From the NCBI GenBank assembly GCA_043228905.1, contig JBHGNT010000008.1:12586001-12650000 (forward strand): a stretch of 64,000 bases of DNA, in the 5' to 3' direction. The stretch comes from Azolla caroliniana. Its lineage: Eukaryota; Plantae; Polypodiophyta. A model generated the notes under the pieces. It saw only the letters and a list, made by a program, of their open reading frames with translations, did not search any database and had not been told where the DNA came from. Position numbers and translations under genes: made by a program. Below, one piece after another: positions 48,446 through 61,590 of this stretch (its first letter is position 1; the number at the start of each line of letters is the position of its first letter).

Positions 48446-51400
48446 AGTGCTTTAGATTTTGTATATTTTCTTTTCATATTCAATATTTCGTAGGAAGCGA
48501 ACATATAAAAACCGTGAGCACAAAACCATGATTTTAGCCCGTGGTTTTAGCCCGTGGTTTTAGCCCATGGTTTTAGCCCATGGGTTTACTCCATGGTTTT
48601 TGCATAGAGAGACCTATAAAAGCCAATAGTGGGGCTTGTGTAAGGAGGAAAGTGAGGTAAGTAAAAAGAAACTTTTAATCAAAGATTTGAGTTATCCTAA
48701 TGTTGATGTATTTTGTCTCGTAAAACTAAAGTCAAGGGTTCAATCTCTCTCTCATTCGCTCTCTTCATCCATCTATCTATCTTCAATACTTTCTCACTTA
48801 CGTTGCTAAAAACATTGAATCCTTCCAGTCTAGGACCCCGGTGGTCTCGTTTCATTTCGCGAACACGCGAGGATTTCCTCGACATCGTACTTGGCGAATT
48901 CCAGTTGGCAGGAGAAAGATGCTTCAAAGGCTCAAAGATGCGAATTTGAGATTTTTGGGAGGAAGTTCATTGCGGATCATATGAAAGATTGCGAGAAGGT
49001 GCTTCAAAGGCTCGAAGATGCGAATTTGACATTTTCGGGAGAAAAATCCGCATTCGAGCAACCAGAGATCTTGGTGGTAGGTCACTTTGTGGATCATACG
49101 GCCGGAAGCCTTCGCCATCCAAGGTGAACGCGATCCAGGACATGAAAGAAGAATGCGTAAACCAAACGGAGGTTCGAAGGTTCCTTGGAGCATGCACGTT
49201 TTATCATATTTGGATTCCACACTATGCTCATGTCGCCAAGCCTTTATATGGCTTGCTAAAGAAAAGAATGAAGTTCGAATGGCGAGACGAGCACACAAAC
49301 ACGATGCGAAGATTGAAGAAACTACTTCTTGAAGCTCCAACACTAAGAAAGGCTGACTATACCGAAGGGAAGCCGATTTATGTGACTGTAGATAGGAGCC
49401 CAACCGGAATCGGGTAGGTCATCAACCAAGAAGGAGAAGATAATGCGCAGTATGCGATCCGGTTCGGAGCAAAGGTTCTCAGCGAACGACAAAAAAGATA
49501 CGCCCAAGTCAAGCGGGAACTTTGGGGTATTGTGTCGGTAGTGAAGACGGGCAAAGACTACCTGATCGGGTTGGAAGTAATAATTGAGACAGATTGTCTC
49601 CCAATCCTTAGGATGATCTCAGGACGTGCAACACCAGATCTAGTTATGCTAAGGTGGATCGCCTATATCAAGTCTTTAAACCAAGATATCCACCATATTG
49701 CAGGGAAGAAGAACGTCATGGCTGACATGTTGTCGGGGGCAAGATTTGAGAATGAAGGTGACATGGTTTCGGGAGATGAAGACGTCTCCCTCTACTTCTT
49801 CAAGATGGCTCGACTATCGGCGGAAGACAAGGGCATGTTAACCCTCCACGCCTTCAACGAGGATGAGTAAGAAGGGGAGTGGCTACTAATCGGCTATTCC
49901 TAAGAACAATGACGATAGATGCTTAGTTGACGAAGGAGGAGGCCCTACGAATCAGGAAGAAAGCTTACCAATACTTCTTGAAGGGAGGATTCCTTTGGCG
50001 ACACCCAAAAAGAAGGATAGGAATACCATGTCGAGTGGTGGTGAAGAAAGAAGAGCAAGTGACGCTAATGACCGAATTCCACGAGAGTGCCTGGGCCGGT
50101 CATAGAGGAACATAGGCGACGTTCGAGAAGTTGAAGGAGAAGTACTAGTGGCCAAGCATGTACAAAGATGTACTCCATTTCGTGTCTACATGCGAAACAT
50201 GCCAAGTACATTCGAATATACATCATTGTGATGAGCTACGACCGACATACCCGCTCACCATACACTTCAAAGGGATGGTGGATCTTGTCTCAATGCCAAT
50301 GGGAGTGGGACAAATGAAGTACTTAGCTCTGGCAAGAGAAGACTTGACAAATAAAGTGGAAGGACGGGCGTTGACAAATAAGATGACGTTGGCTATTTGC
50401 AAATTTCTACTCAAAGAGGTTTTCTGCCAATACGGATGTGTGGGAAATATAGTCGCCGACCAAGGGGAGCTGGATGCACATGAAGCAACGGAGCTTTTCA
50501 AACGACTAGGCGTAACGCTCTCCCTCACGACTGCCTACAATCCAGAAGCGAATGGGAAGATCGAGCAAGGGCATGGACTTATCGTCAAAGCCATCGTACG
50601 AGCATGCAACAGTCGAGTCAGGAAGTGGCCACGACTATTGCCCTATGCCTTGTGGGTTAACAGAACAACACATAGCTCAGTGATAGGGTATATACCCACG
50701 GAGCTTATGTATGGACAAAAGCCGATAATGACCATCAAAAGGATGATCACCTCATGGGTAGCGATACCATGGGAGAACGAGATGAGCCGAGAAGAGTTAT
50801 TAGTGGCACACATAAGGCAACTTGAAAGAAGACCTGAAGATCTAGAAAAAACGTGAAAGATGGAGGCAGCCCAAGTGAAGAACAAGATTCGATTCAACAA
50901 GACGCATCGACTGCGTCCCAAGAAGATCGAAGAAGGAGATTGGGTATTGGTCTACGACAACAGCCTTGACAATCAACACAGTACAACAAGAAAGTTTGCA
51001 AGAAGATGGTTCAGACCGTATGTGGTGACAAGTGCCAATGATAATGCCACATACCACCTTGCAAAACTAGACGGATCAAGGTTGGCCGTACCCATTGTGC
51101 GGAAAAGAATAAAGATTTTCAAAAAAAGGCAAGACGAGGATCCTGACCTCAATCACCTCAACGATGAAGATAATAGGACGGATGTGAATGAGGATGTGGA
51201 AGAATCTGATTGATCACCGTAGCCAAACTCTCGCACTCTCTCTTCTTGGCACATACCAGAGGACGTGCGGTTTGGTGGGGGTGGATGTCGTGAAGATTTC
51301 CGGCAACAGTGTGAAAATCGTGTGGAACAAACAAAATTGAGAAAGTATAATGAGCACTCATACATTTGTAAATAAAATAAGACTAAAGCCTAGTAACCTT

Positions 51401-51568
51401 TGAGTCCATACAAAGGGGTGCAAGCAAGGCTTGAACCTTGCACCTCCATGATAAGAGACAAATTAACTTACCACTAAACCCACTAGTAAGTGCTTTAAAT
51501 TTTGTATATTTTCTTTTCATATTCAATATTTCGTAGGATGCGAACATATAAAAACGTTGGGCACAAAA

Positions 51569-51670
51569 CCATGGTTTTAACCCATGGTTTTAGCCCGTGG
51601 TTTTAGCCCATGGTTTTAGCCCGTGTTTTTAGCCCATGGTTTTAGCCCGTGGGTTTAGTCCATGGTTTTT
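51569..51670. repeat. 13-bp tandem repeat CCRTGGTTTTAGC in H LTRs (7 units here, 5 units at 48527-48601)
   Basis: Read directly; lies just upstream of TATA cctataaaa. Confidence 0.92.
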
Positions 51671-54092
51671 GCATGAAGAGACCTATAAAAGCCTATACTG
51701 GGGGTTGTGGAAGGAGGAAAGTGAGGTAAGTAAAAAGAAACTTTTAATCAAAGATTTGAGTTATCCTAATGGTGATGTATCTTGTCTCGTAAAACTAAAG
51801 TTAAGGGTTCAATCTCTCTCTCATTCTCTCTCTTCATCCATCTATCTATCTTCAATACTTTCTCGCTTACGCTGCTAAAAACATCAAATCTATCTATCTC
51901 TTACGGTCCAGGACCCCGGTGGTCCCGCTTCATTTTGTGAACACGCGAGGATTTCCTCGACAACAGCCTGAAACAGGCGCCGCGACAGTGGTACAAGAAG
52001 TTCGACGACTTCATCCAATTGATCGGCTTTTCAAAGAGCGATGAGGATCAATATCTCTTCACAAAAACAACTTGAGATGGATCATCCATCTTCCTCATCA
52101 TCTACGTAGATGACACGCTAATCTCTGGACGCCATGCTGGCGAACTAGCCGAACTCGTTCGGCAACTGCAGTTGAATTTTTCCATGAAGGATCTCGGTCC
52201 GGCACGACAGATTCTTGGTATGAAGTCGGTACCGTATGCACCGGCGATGGTCACGACACGGCCTGATATCGCTCACGCCGTTGGAGTTGTCAACAGATTT
52301 ATGCATAATCCTAGCCAATCGCAGTGGAACGTAGTCAAGCATGTGTTCAAATAACTGGTGGGCACAAAAGACCTTGGTATTCTATTCAACCCGAACGACA
52401 TCTTAGGCGTAGTCGGATACACTGACCCTGACATTGCGGGCTGCATAGACAACCATAAATCAACAACCAGCTATTGTTTCAAATTCGGTAATGGAGCCAT
52501 CTCATGGAAATCGAAACTTCAGGAGTGCACCGCCACATCAACGACCGAGGACGAATACGTAGCTGCATCCGATGCGGCAAAAGAGGCCTTATGGCTCGAT
52601 CGGCTGGCCTGCGCGTTTTGACAAGCTGAAATTGGCTCGACTCTAATTGTTTACAATAATAGTCAGGGTCCTGTTGCTCTGTCGAAAAATCCAGTTCATC
52701 ACAACGCCTCCAAGCACATCAATGTTCGATATCATTTCGTTCGGAACTGTGTCATTTCATGGAAAATCGGCCTTGAGAAGGTACCTACAGCCGACAACGT
52801 TGCGGATGCAATGACCAAGTGTCTCTCGGCGGATCGATTTTGATCCCTTCGGCATTGAATGGGTGTAATGAAGAATCGGACACTCCGGACGTTTCTCAGA
52901 CAATAGACCTAGATAGTTCGAACTTCGACTTCAGTCTCTCCTAACTCGGCCAATCCAGCCCTCTACTCTTCGATGTTCACCGACTCGAATGAATTCTCAA
53001 TTGTTCGTAAACCTTGTATGAATCTGTATTGTACATTCATTTCGGTCTACAGATTTCAGATGTATATGCCCATTACGGGGGAGTGTTGAATACGAGCTTC
53101 TAATGGACGTATTCACACTGTCTCCTTTTGTACACACTAGGCTTAGGCTATTTATGTAAATAGTGAGAAGGGCAGTTGCCCTAAGTCAGTCAGTATGTAT
53201 AACCTGACTTTGTAACCTAGTTAAATGGAGTTGCTTTAAGTTGAAATATACTCTTGACATTGTGCTCAACGGTCTCTATCTCTTGTGTACTAGTTGTATT
53301 GTTTGTCGGTGCGGCCATCAAATTTACGATCTTGCATTCTTTCTCGATCTTATCCCAAAAGAGTGTTGATCTTGTTCCGCATTAGATGACAGTAATCCCA
53401 TTAGAAAGTACCATATGCCTTGGCCGTTGGTAGTTTGATGTATGCGATGCTCTATACGAGACCAGGCATAACATGTGTTGTGAGAGCAGTAAGCCGATAT
53501 ATGAGTAATCCAGGAAGAGAACACTTGGCAACTGTCAAGTGGATACTTAGGTACTTGAAACGAACCTCGGGAGTATGCCTTAGGTATGGTGTCAAAAAAC
53601 CTATGCTCGAAGGTTTTACCGATTCTGACATGTCGGGGGATGTAGAATCAAGCCGATCCACCTCTGGGTACGTGATGACCTATGTAGGGGAGTAGTGTCA
53701 TGGCAGTCAAGACTGCAGAAGTTTGTGGCCTTGTTGACCACAGAGGCAGAGTATATGGCCATGGTAGAGGCCGACAAGGAGCTGATATGGATGGGAAATT
53801 TTCTCAATGAACTAGGAATGAAGCAAGAAATATTTCTACTTCACCGCGATAATCAGAGTGTCATACATCTAGCCAAGAATGCCACATATCACTTCTCGAA
53901 CCAAGCATATATAGAGAAGGTATCACTGGTTGCGGGAGAAACTGGATGAAGGGGAGTTTACCCTTATGAAGATCCATACTGACAACAATGGATTCGACAT
54001 GCTCACGAAGAGCCTACTGATGGAAAGACTTAGAGGCTATTGACAAAAGACAAGAATAGCTGACTCCCTCCCATAGGAGCCAAGGGGTAGTT

Positions 54093-54718
54093 TGTTAGGA
54101 ATGTCCCTCCTATGGGAGGAGCCGACTGTTTGGCTGAGTAAGAGCCGACAGTTGAAGACACAGAGAGATGACTGGGAGAGCTGGTAATAAGTGATCCAAG
54201 TCGAAGACATGACCAACTAGTTGGGCTGACCCGATGGTCGAAGGCAAGGCCGACTAGTCAGGCCGACTAGACAATCGACATAGGAGTCAGTTGATTAACG
54301 ACTACCGTTATTACTATAATAATAGTTAATAATAACAATAGAGGCCACATTTGTAAATAGCCCATACGGTGTATAAGTATAAATACACCTAGGGCAAACA
54401 TTATGTAGTTAGTTGCAGTAGTAGAACCGAGTGAGAACAGAAAGTGCAAAATGTAACAAAGAGAGAGGTGTGAGCGGCACCATAGCTGTGTGAGCGTAGA
54501 TTCCAAGAGCCTTGCATGGCTAATACACTCTATATAGAGAGTGTTGTATTCTGGTCTCCCTTTGTATTCTTTGTTGTATAGTGGATCTCTCTTCCCATGG
54601 TTTTCCCCGTTTAGGGTTTCCACGTAAAACCTGCGTACTCTGTGTATTTCTTGTTTTCCGCATTCTGTCTGTACATTTCAAAATATCTTTCTCACAGATC
54701 TACGATCCCATCTCTTCA
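54093..54718 (+). repeat. 3' LTR of Copia E
   Basis: Preceded by PPT-like aaggggtag; homologous to 26502-27135. Confidence 0.92.
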
Positions 54719-55558
54719 GGAACGACCAGTTTAATGATGAGTCGATGAGTAGTGGAGACTCGGTTGTGTAGGGGTCGTGCAGTCCCCACGCTAGAAGTTG
54801 AGGAGACGGCTTACACGCAAGGAAACGGGGAAGATGAAGATGCTAGAATGTGGCATAGAGACCAATGCATCAGATCAGAGCTAATCGGACACGCCCAGGT
54901 GTGAAGGTGGACCTCAAGAAGAGAGGTCGGAATTGGCCAAGAGGGCCTTGAAATCGGCGAACTAGAGGTTACACCGATCCACTTGCAAGAAGAAACTCGT
55001 CATTAGATACGTGCACAATGAATATATGGCACATGATTATGCATATATGGCAGAAGTGCATGAGCCAGAGAGCTACGTAGAAATGAAAAAGGATGCGAAT
55101 TGGTGTGCCGCCATGGAGGAAGAGATACGCGCATTGGCAGAGAATGGAACTTGGGACCTGGTTGACACCCCAAAGGGTGTGAAGCTATTCAGATGCAGGT
55201 GGGTGTACAAGGTCAAGTACAACACCGACAACTTTGTCAACCGATACAAGACCCAATTGGTGGCAAAGGGCTATGTGTAGAAACACGACATCGATTACGA
55301 TGAGACGTTTGCACCGGTCATGAGAATGACGACAATCTGTGTTTTGCTAATGGTAGTTGTGGTGAAGGGGTGGCGTCTACATCAAATGGATGTAAAGAAT
55401 GCGTTCCTACAAGGTGAGCTTGAGGAACATGTGTACATTGTACAACCCCCTGGATTTCTATCCGAATTGAACACATCGGTAGTTTGCCGACTGAAGAAGT
55501 CCCTCTACGGACATAAGCAAGCCTTGCATGCCTGGAACGCGAAGATCACGAAGAAGTT
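54719..55558 (+). pseudogene. Copia K continuation (INT-RT linker and RT N-terminus)
   Basis: NEYMAH, CRWVYKVKYNTD, HQMDVKNAFLQG; colinear with B1. Confidence 0.88.
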
Positions 55559-56531
55559 TGTTGATATGCCAATAGCATACAACTGTAACCGACAACCACG
55601 ATAGGTCAAACGTCGACTCTGAACGTTTGGTCAAGAAGATTGTGGTAGGGAAATAGATTGGTCGTCCCTAGTCCTATACTCCGAGACTGATACACAGAAA
55701 ATAGTTGTTATAGTAAACCTGCACTGATCATCGACTATTTGTTAAAATATAATTACGTTGCAGAAAATGTAGCCGAATGTTCGACATATAACAGTTAGAA
55801 GCTTTAAACCATAGAAGTCGACATAGCAGATACACTAGCTACTAAACTTATTTTACAAAATAGAACGATAACATTACAATGCTTTTGGTCCCTTTTTACA
55901 GGTGATCCGAGAGTCTCTCTTCCAAGATTACACTTGCATTCTTCAGCACGAACTACAACAAAATTGTTGTAACTAACTTACTATATATTTTACTTGGTGA
56001 AATTATATTAATTCTTTTTTAATTTCCGACACCTGTTCACATTGTCGATTCCGAACACTGCCGACTCTGACTCTGACTCTCTTCCACACTTGTCTAACTC
56101 CGACCTTTCGACACTGGGTAGTTGATCGGCTAACACTTGGCACGCCTGTGGGACAATGCCTTGCACGGTCGAACCACATCATTTACTCTTGGTCGCAGAC
56201 TTCCTCAGGTTCGTCTTTGTCATCACTTACTTCTTCATTCAGGATGTCAAACAATGTCGGTTCGACATTATTGCGTATGTCAGCGTCGAACGTATGTTGT
56301 TCCCTTTCGCCCCTATGCGTGGATTTGACTTCTACTTCCTCCGTCTCTATGTCGCCTTTATCTTCATTTACTAGTATTGTGTGCTCGGAGTTGGCTGGAG
56401 AGGGTGGTTTGTTGTTATTTGGCCCTAATTTGTTAGTTATTTATTGGCGCTCTCGCTCATACACATCTAGTTGTAAAATTTGTCAATCAGAAACACATAT
56501 GTTGCTACGCCTCGATCTTCGAGACATCCTT
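55559..56531. mobile_element. Fragment L: LTR 55559-56135, Arg-type PBS-like motif, about 390 bp internal sequence
   Basis: TGTTG...TAACA termini; tggcacgcctgtgggac at 56138-56154; LTR related to solo LTR 34824-35299. Confidence 0.65.
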
Positions 56532-57027
56532 GTTAGGACACACGGACCTACCCGATTGAAAACTGAAAGATAGCTGGTAATAGACTAACACTCGATGAAC
56601 CGGCCTGATTCGCACAAGAAACCGAACCGACCGAAGAAGAAGAAGAAGGGGACACCGGAACCAGACAAGACCCCGAATCAGATTCGGATGAAGATCAAAC
56701 GGAGGAACCGGTGGTTGAAGACCAAAGATGGAGATATCCTCTCAAGGAGAGAAGAGCCCCCCAGAGATTTTCGGATGCAGAGCATGTATTGCAGACCGAT
56801 GAGGGGGAGCTGGAAAGCTTCGAAGAAGCAAAGAAAGACACCCACAACCGTAAGTGGTTAAGGGCCATGCAGGACAAGATAGATTCCTTGCATGAGAACC
56901 ACACATATGAATTGACGAAGCTGCCGAAAGGAAAGAGGGCACTCCGGAACAAGTTGGTGTACAAGCTGAAACCGGGAGACGCTAGAAATCCACCGAGGTA
57001 CAAGGCCCGGATCGTGGTGAAGGGTTT
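56532..57027 (+). pseudogene. Fragment M of a Tork-like Copia close to C (INT-RT junction)
   Basis: RYPLKERRAPQRF..ESFEEAK..YKARIVVKGF is near-identical to C. Confidence 0.85.
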
Positions 57028-57131
57028 TGTCAGGAATAGTACTGAGACAGAAAGGAAATTAGTACTAAGAGAGGAATATTAGTACTAAGAGGAATAGAGG
57101 GTGTAGAACACTCGAGAGAAGGAGAGAGAGA

Positions 57132-57165
<34 letters not shown>

Positions 57166-60100
57166 TCGAGGGAGAGAAAATGATGATGACAACGATATAT
57201 TATGTGAGAAGAATATACAAGGAAGGCTAGGAGGCTTAAGACTGGTGTTGAACTGATTTGGTTCGAAATAATGCCTTGTGCCTCCAGAGTCCTGAAGCTT
57301 CTAGAATGATCCAGAGAAATCTAGAATATACATTAATTTTCTATAGTAAAACTTAAATAAAAATAATATCTTATGTATTACAATAGATAATGTAGTTGTC
57401 AAGAGCTCGACCCATGTAATATAAGGTCATGGGTTCGAGTCTTGCCATACCATGACACTATCCCCCCTTCAAAACACGACGAGTGTCACGAGTCATTTTG
57501 GATTGAGGACCTGGTTTATCTAGATATTGACGATGGAAGTCTTCAAGAAGAGCACAAGCATTGGTCACATTCTCTATTGGTTCCCAAGTAAGCTCGTTGG
57601 GACTATATCCTAACCAATCGACTAAATAGTAGAGCTTGTTGTGAACAATCTTGGAATCGAGGATGGCTGCAACCTCGTATTTAGGTCCATCTTCAAGTTC
57701 GATCGGGGGTGGAGGTTGTGGAATATGTCCTGGGATGGTGTTGTCTTGATAGGGTTCAAGGAGAGAACTATAAAATACCGGAAGTATGCGAACTTGCGGG
57801 GGTAGATCGAGACGAAAAGCACATCATTAATCTTTCCAATAATACGGAAAGGACCTAATCGTCGATAATCCAACTTCTCGCATTGGCGTGTAGTCTTGAT
57901 ATGTCGTCGTAGTAGCCATACCCGATCTCCAATGTTAAAACTGGATGAAAACTGATGATGATCTGCGTAAACCTTGTGTGTTCGTTGAGCTTGTTGTAGA
58001 TGAGTAGATAAATTTGCTTGTATCTTGCATAACCGCTCCAAACGATCCTCTACGCAAGGATTTGTGGGTAACTCTGGGGTTTCAAATACACACCATCGGG
58101 GGTGACAACCCGTACAAGCATAAAATGGCGTAACTTTAGTCGATGAGTGGACAGAGTTATTATAGGAAAATTCAGCGAAGTGGAGAATATCCGCCTAGTC
58201 ATCCTGATGATAGCTTAGAAAGCACCGAAGATACTGCTCCCGCGTTTGATTTGTTCGATCTGCTTGGCCATCGGTTTGCGGGTGGTAGCTGGAGGAGAGG
58301 TTACAAGTGACCTTGAGCATTTTAAAAAGGTGTTTCCAGAATTTCGAGATGAACTGGGGTCCATGGTCGCTGATGTTATTATCAGAAAGACCATGATGCT
58401 GACATACTTCACGCATGACAATTTCGGCGGTTTCTTCACTAGAGATTTCCTTAGTATATGGCAGGAAATGAGCCATCTTCATATATCAATCTACTACTGT
58501 TAAAATCACATTGAATCCCTTAGAGATTGGAAGATTTGTGATAAAATCTAGAGCAATGGATTGCCACGGCTTGCTTGGAATTGGTAATGGTTCTAATAAA
58601 CCATATGGATGATGCCTTGGCATTTGGTCTCTGCAACATGTATCACAAGTCCGAACAAAATCTTCAACAAATTGTCGCATACAGGACCACCAAAATGATT
58701 GTTGTACTAAATCTAATGTCTTAGTACTACCAAAATGCCCAACTATATATGTGTCATGACAGTTTTGGACTACTCAAAGGCGGCAAGAACCATTAGGAAC
58801 ATACAAGAGTTTCTTAAAGAATAGTAATCCATCATGACATTCGAATTGTCGATAGTCCGTACCTGGTTGTTGCGACTACGAACAAGATGCTCGAGAGGGA
58901 TCAATTTGTGCTAGAATGGCTTGGGCGAAAGCATCTGTCTTCAAGTCCTCATGTATGGTATCGATAACGTGGGAATCCAAGGACATGTCGAAGACCTATG
59001 TTGCTTGCAGTCGTGTCGGTCCCAAGATTACTTGCTTTTGGTTATTGAAAGTTGGCTCGCCGGGACGTGGTGCTAGATACGAACGTCGTGATAATGCATC
59101 TGCCTTTCCTTGGTGCTTCCCCACACGATATGTAATTTTTAAGTCGAAACACGTGAGGAATTGAGCCCACTGAGCTTGACGTCGATTTAACACACGAGCA
59201 CTCTAAAAGTACGCAAGGTTTTTGTGATCTCTGAATACGGTGACTTGATGAGAGGATCCCTCTAGAAAATGCTTCCATTGCGTAAAAGAGTCCACTATTT
59301 CTAATAGCTCCTTATCATGAATTTCATAGTTGATTTCAGAGTCGTCAAACTTGCGTGAGTTTAAAGCCACATGATGTAGCTTTTCATCATTACCTTGTTG
59401 TGACAGAATGCTACCCAATGTGAAATCTGACGCATCGGCTTCCATGATGAATGGTTTTTCCAAATCAACGTGAGCTACAATAGGAGCCGATGTAAATGCC
59501 TTCTTAAGATTCTCAAAAGCCATGTCCGCTTCTTCAGTCCAAACGAACGATTGTCCCTTCTTAGTAAGTTGTGTGAGAGGCAGAACAAGCTTTGAGTAAT
59601 CCTATATAAACTTGCCGTAGTAATTGGGAAAGCCTAAAAAACATTGCACATCTTGCAATGAATGCGGACTTTGCCACTCTACCACCGTTTTGACCTTAGT
59701 TGGATCCATGGACATGCCTTCCGAGGAGATGACATAGCCCAGAAATTCCACCTGGTTGCACCTAAAACTACATTTTTCCAGCTTTGCATAAAGACCATGT
59801 TCTCGAAGTCGTTTTAGTAGTAATAGTACATGAGAATCATGCTCTTCTTGGGTCTTCGAATAAACTAGTAGATCATCCAAATAGATGATCAAACAAACAT
59901 CCAAGAGATCTCGGACTATATCATTTGCCATGTGTTGGAAGACTGTTCGCACATTAGTGAGGCTGAACTGCATGACCGTATACTCGAAGTGCCCATATCT
60001 GGTGCGAAACGCGGTCTTCCATTCATCTCTTGGTCGGATCGGTACGAGGTTATATGATCCCCGTAAGTCGATCTTCGTGAAGAACCTTGCACCATTGATC

Positions 60101-61207
60101 CATCCTTTTTCTTGACGAAGAAAATGGGTGCGCCGGCTGGAGATTTCGAATGCCGAATGAAACCATTTTCCAAATTCTCCTCTATATAGGCTTGAAGGAC
60201 TTCTAGCTCGGTTGGTGACAAATTGTAGATCGTTCCTCATGGTGGCTCTTTTCCCGGTTGTAAATCGATGGGGCAATCATACGATCGATGGTGAGGAAGC
60301 GTATTGGCTTGTACTTTATCGAACACATCGGCATAATCATGATACTTCTTTGGAAGTTGAACCATGGACTCCTCTTTAGTGGTGTCGGAAGGTTTTACTG
60401 AAATTACGAAGAGAAACATTTCTTCCTTGCGTCCTTCTTCCCACAATTGATGTAGCGAAATGGTTGCAATCTTATGAGTAGATCCTCGGGCTTGTCGATA
60501 CCGGATTTCTCTTGTTCTCCAATCTATGTCTAGGTTATGTCATTCGAACCATGGTAATCCTAAAACAATGGGGTGTTCTGGGATACTAATTATATTAAAT
60601 GATACTACACACGCTAGATTATCTAGGACAATATTAACGGGCTCTGACTCTTCTATGATATTTCCGGAAGCAATGGGACGACCATCAATGACTACTATAG
60701 AGGCTGGACACGGGAGTTTTCTAAGAGATATCTGATGAGCTTGGGCAAAATTCCTATCCATGAAGCAAGAATTAGCTCCGGAATCTAGGAGTGCTAAGAC
60801 ATGTATTGCAGGGGTACTTTTAGTACTAACTGTTACTTGGGCTACAAACAAATTGCTAACTTGCTTAGAGGGAATGGAACCACGAATGGGCTGCACAGAT
60901 CTAGGGATGTCCAACCAAACGGCTCCTATTTTGGTTGGACTTAGTCGTTTAATTCTTCTTCTAGCTGACTAAGGACATCAAATTTGTTCGCTAGATTTCG
61001 GCTATTAGTACTATTAGGACTATCAAATATTCCTACTGAAATGGATTCGGGTTTAGTACAAGTAGAACTAGCAACTATTTGGTTTACCGTCTTCTTGGCC
61101 TATGGGGACAATTTACTGCATTATGCCCTGGTCCACCGCAATAAAGACATAGTCGATTTGCTCGACATCGCTACTTTTCTTCTTCCAATAATGGTCCGCG
61201 ACGACGT
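57028..61207 (-). mobile_element. Tcn1-like chromovirus I (3' LTR through gag knuckle), interrupted by J
   Basis: 3' LTR 57028-57457; PPT aaggggggatag; chromodomain about 57500-57690; INT; RH; RT IYLDD; PR LLDSGA; gag CLYCGGPGHNAVNC. Confidence 0.92.
57380..57450 (+). promoter_or_regulatory. tRNA-like module at the U3 tip of I LTR
   Basis: Degenerate A box, then AAGGTC ATGGG TTCGAGT CTTGC; same position and orientation as in T1. Confidence 0.6.
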
Positions 61208-61394
61208 TGTTGTGAAGTACGAAAGCTTCATATTAAAAGTCTACAATAAGATAAATACGTAACTAAAATAACATTTGATAATGCTTTATATATAAAGATA
61301 ATAATAACAACACATATGATAATATTATATATATATATATATGTAAAGAAAAATAATATATATATATAGATAAATATATTATATTACACAAACA

Positions 61395-61590
61395 AGACAA
61401 GACTTGAACCAATAACCCCACCCTATGACTTTCAAATCTTACCATTTACTCTATACTAATAATATATATAAAATAAAGGATTTGCTTCATGATATAAAAA
61501 TGACATTACATGTTGTATTCCATAATATTTGAGAGATTCGAACCCACCTCATATACCAAAAGTCAACACACCTACCATTAAGCTAGGTAC
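61395..61590 (-). promoter_or_regulatory. Two tandem tRNA-like modules in J LTR
   Basis: A/B pairs at 61453-61400 and 61585-61534 (TAGCTTAATGG..GGTTCGAATCT), corresponding to those in LTR A. Confidence 0.7.

Larger units (their letters stand above)
48242..51962 (+). mobile_element. Gypsy H, internally deleted (no gag/PR, most of RT lost), inserted in D RT
   Basis: LTRs 48242-48884 and 51286-51962; TSD ACGG/ACAG; PBS-like tggcgaattcca at about 48892; RH-INT 48960-51213 very similar to G. Confidence 0.93.
35457..53403 (+). mobile_element. Copia D (Tork-like), degenerate, hosting B2, H and a solo LTR
   Basis: TSD GAAAG (35452-35456, 53404-53408); 5' LTR 35457-36510 (interrupted); PBS tggtatcaaagc at 36513; gag-pol remnants 45371-48241 and 51963-52900; PPT then 3' LTR 53084-53403. 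Confidence 0.92.
26502..54718 (+). mobile_element. Tork-like Copia E, degenerate, expanded to 28 kb by nested insertions
   Basis: LTRs 26502-27135 and 54093-54718; TSD AGAAC/GGAAC; PBS tggtatcagagc 27139-27150; gag-pol pieces at 27164-27661, 32120-34823, 35300-35456 and 53404-54080 join across TSDs. Confidence 0.93.

Noticed and set aside
27662-61207. Fungal origin or RIP, suggested by the fungal-like Tcn1 elements
   Set aside because: They are nested with TSDs inside plant-type Met-primed Tork-like Copia; Tcn1 is known from non-seed plants; young copies remain GC-rich, unlike RIP-exposed repeats.
3495-61590. Calling the A/B-box modules functional tRNA genes
   Set aside because: No consistent 7-bp acceptor stem or canonical anticodon arm, and they are duplicated as part of LTRs; reported as tRNA-like instead.
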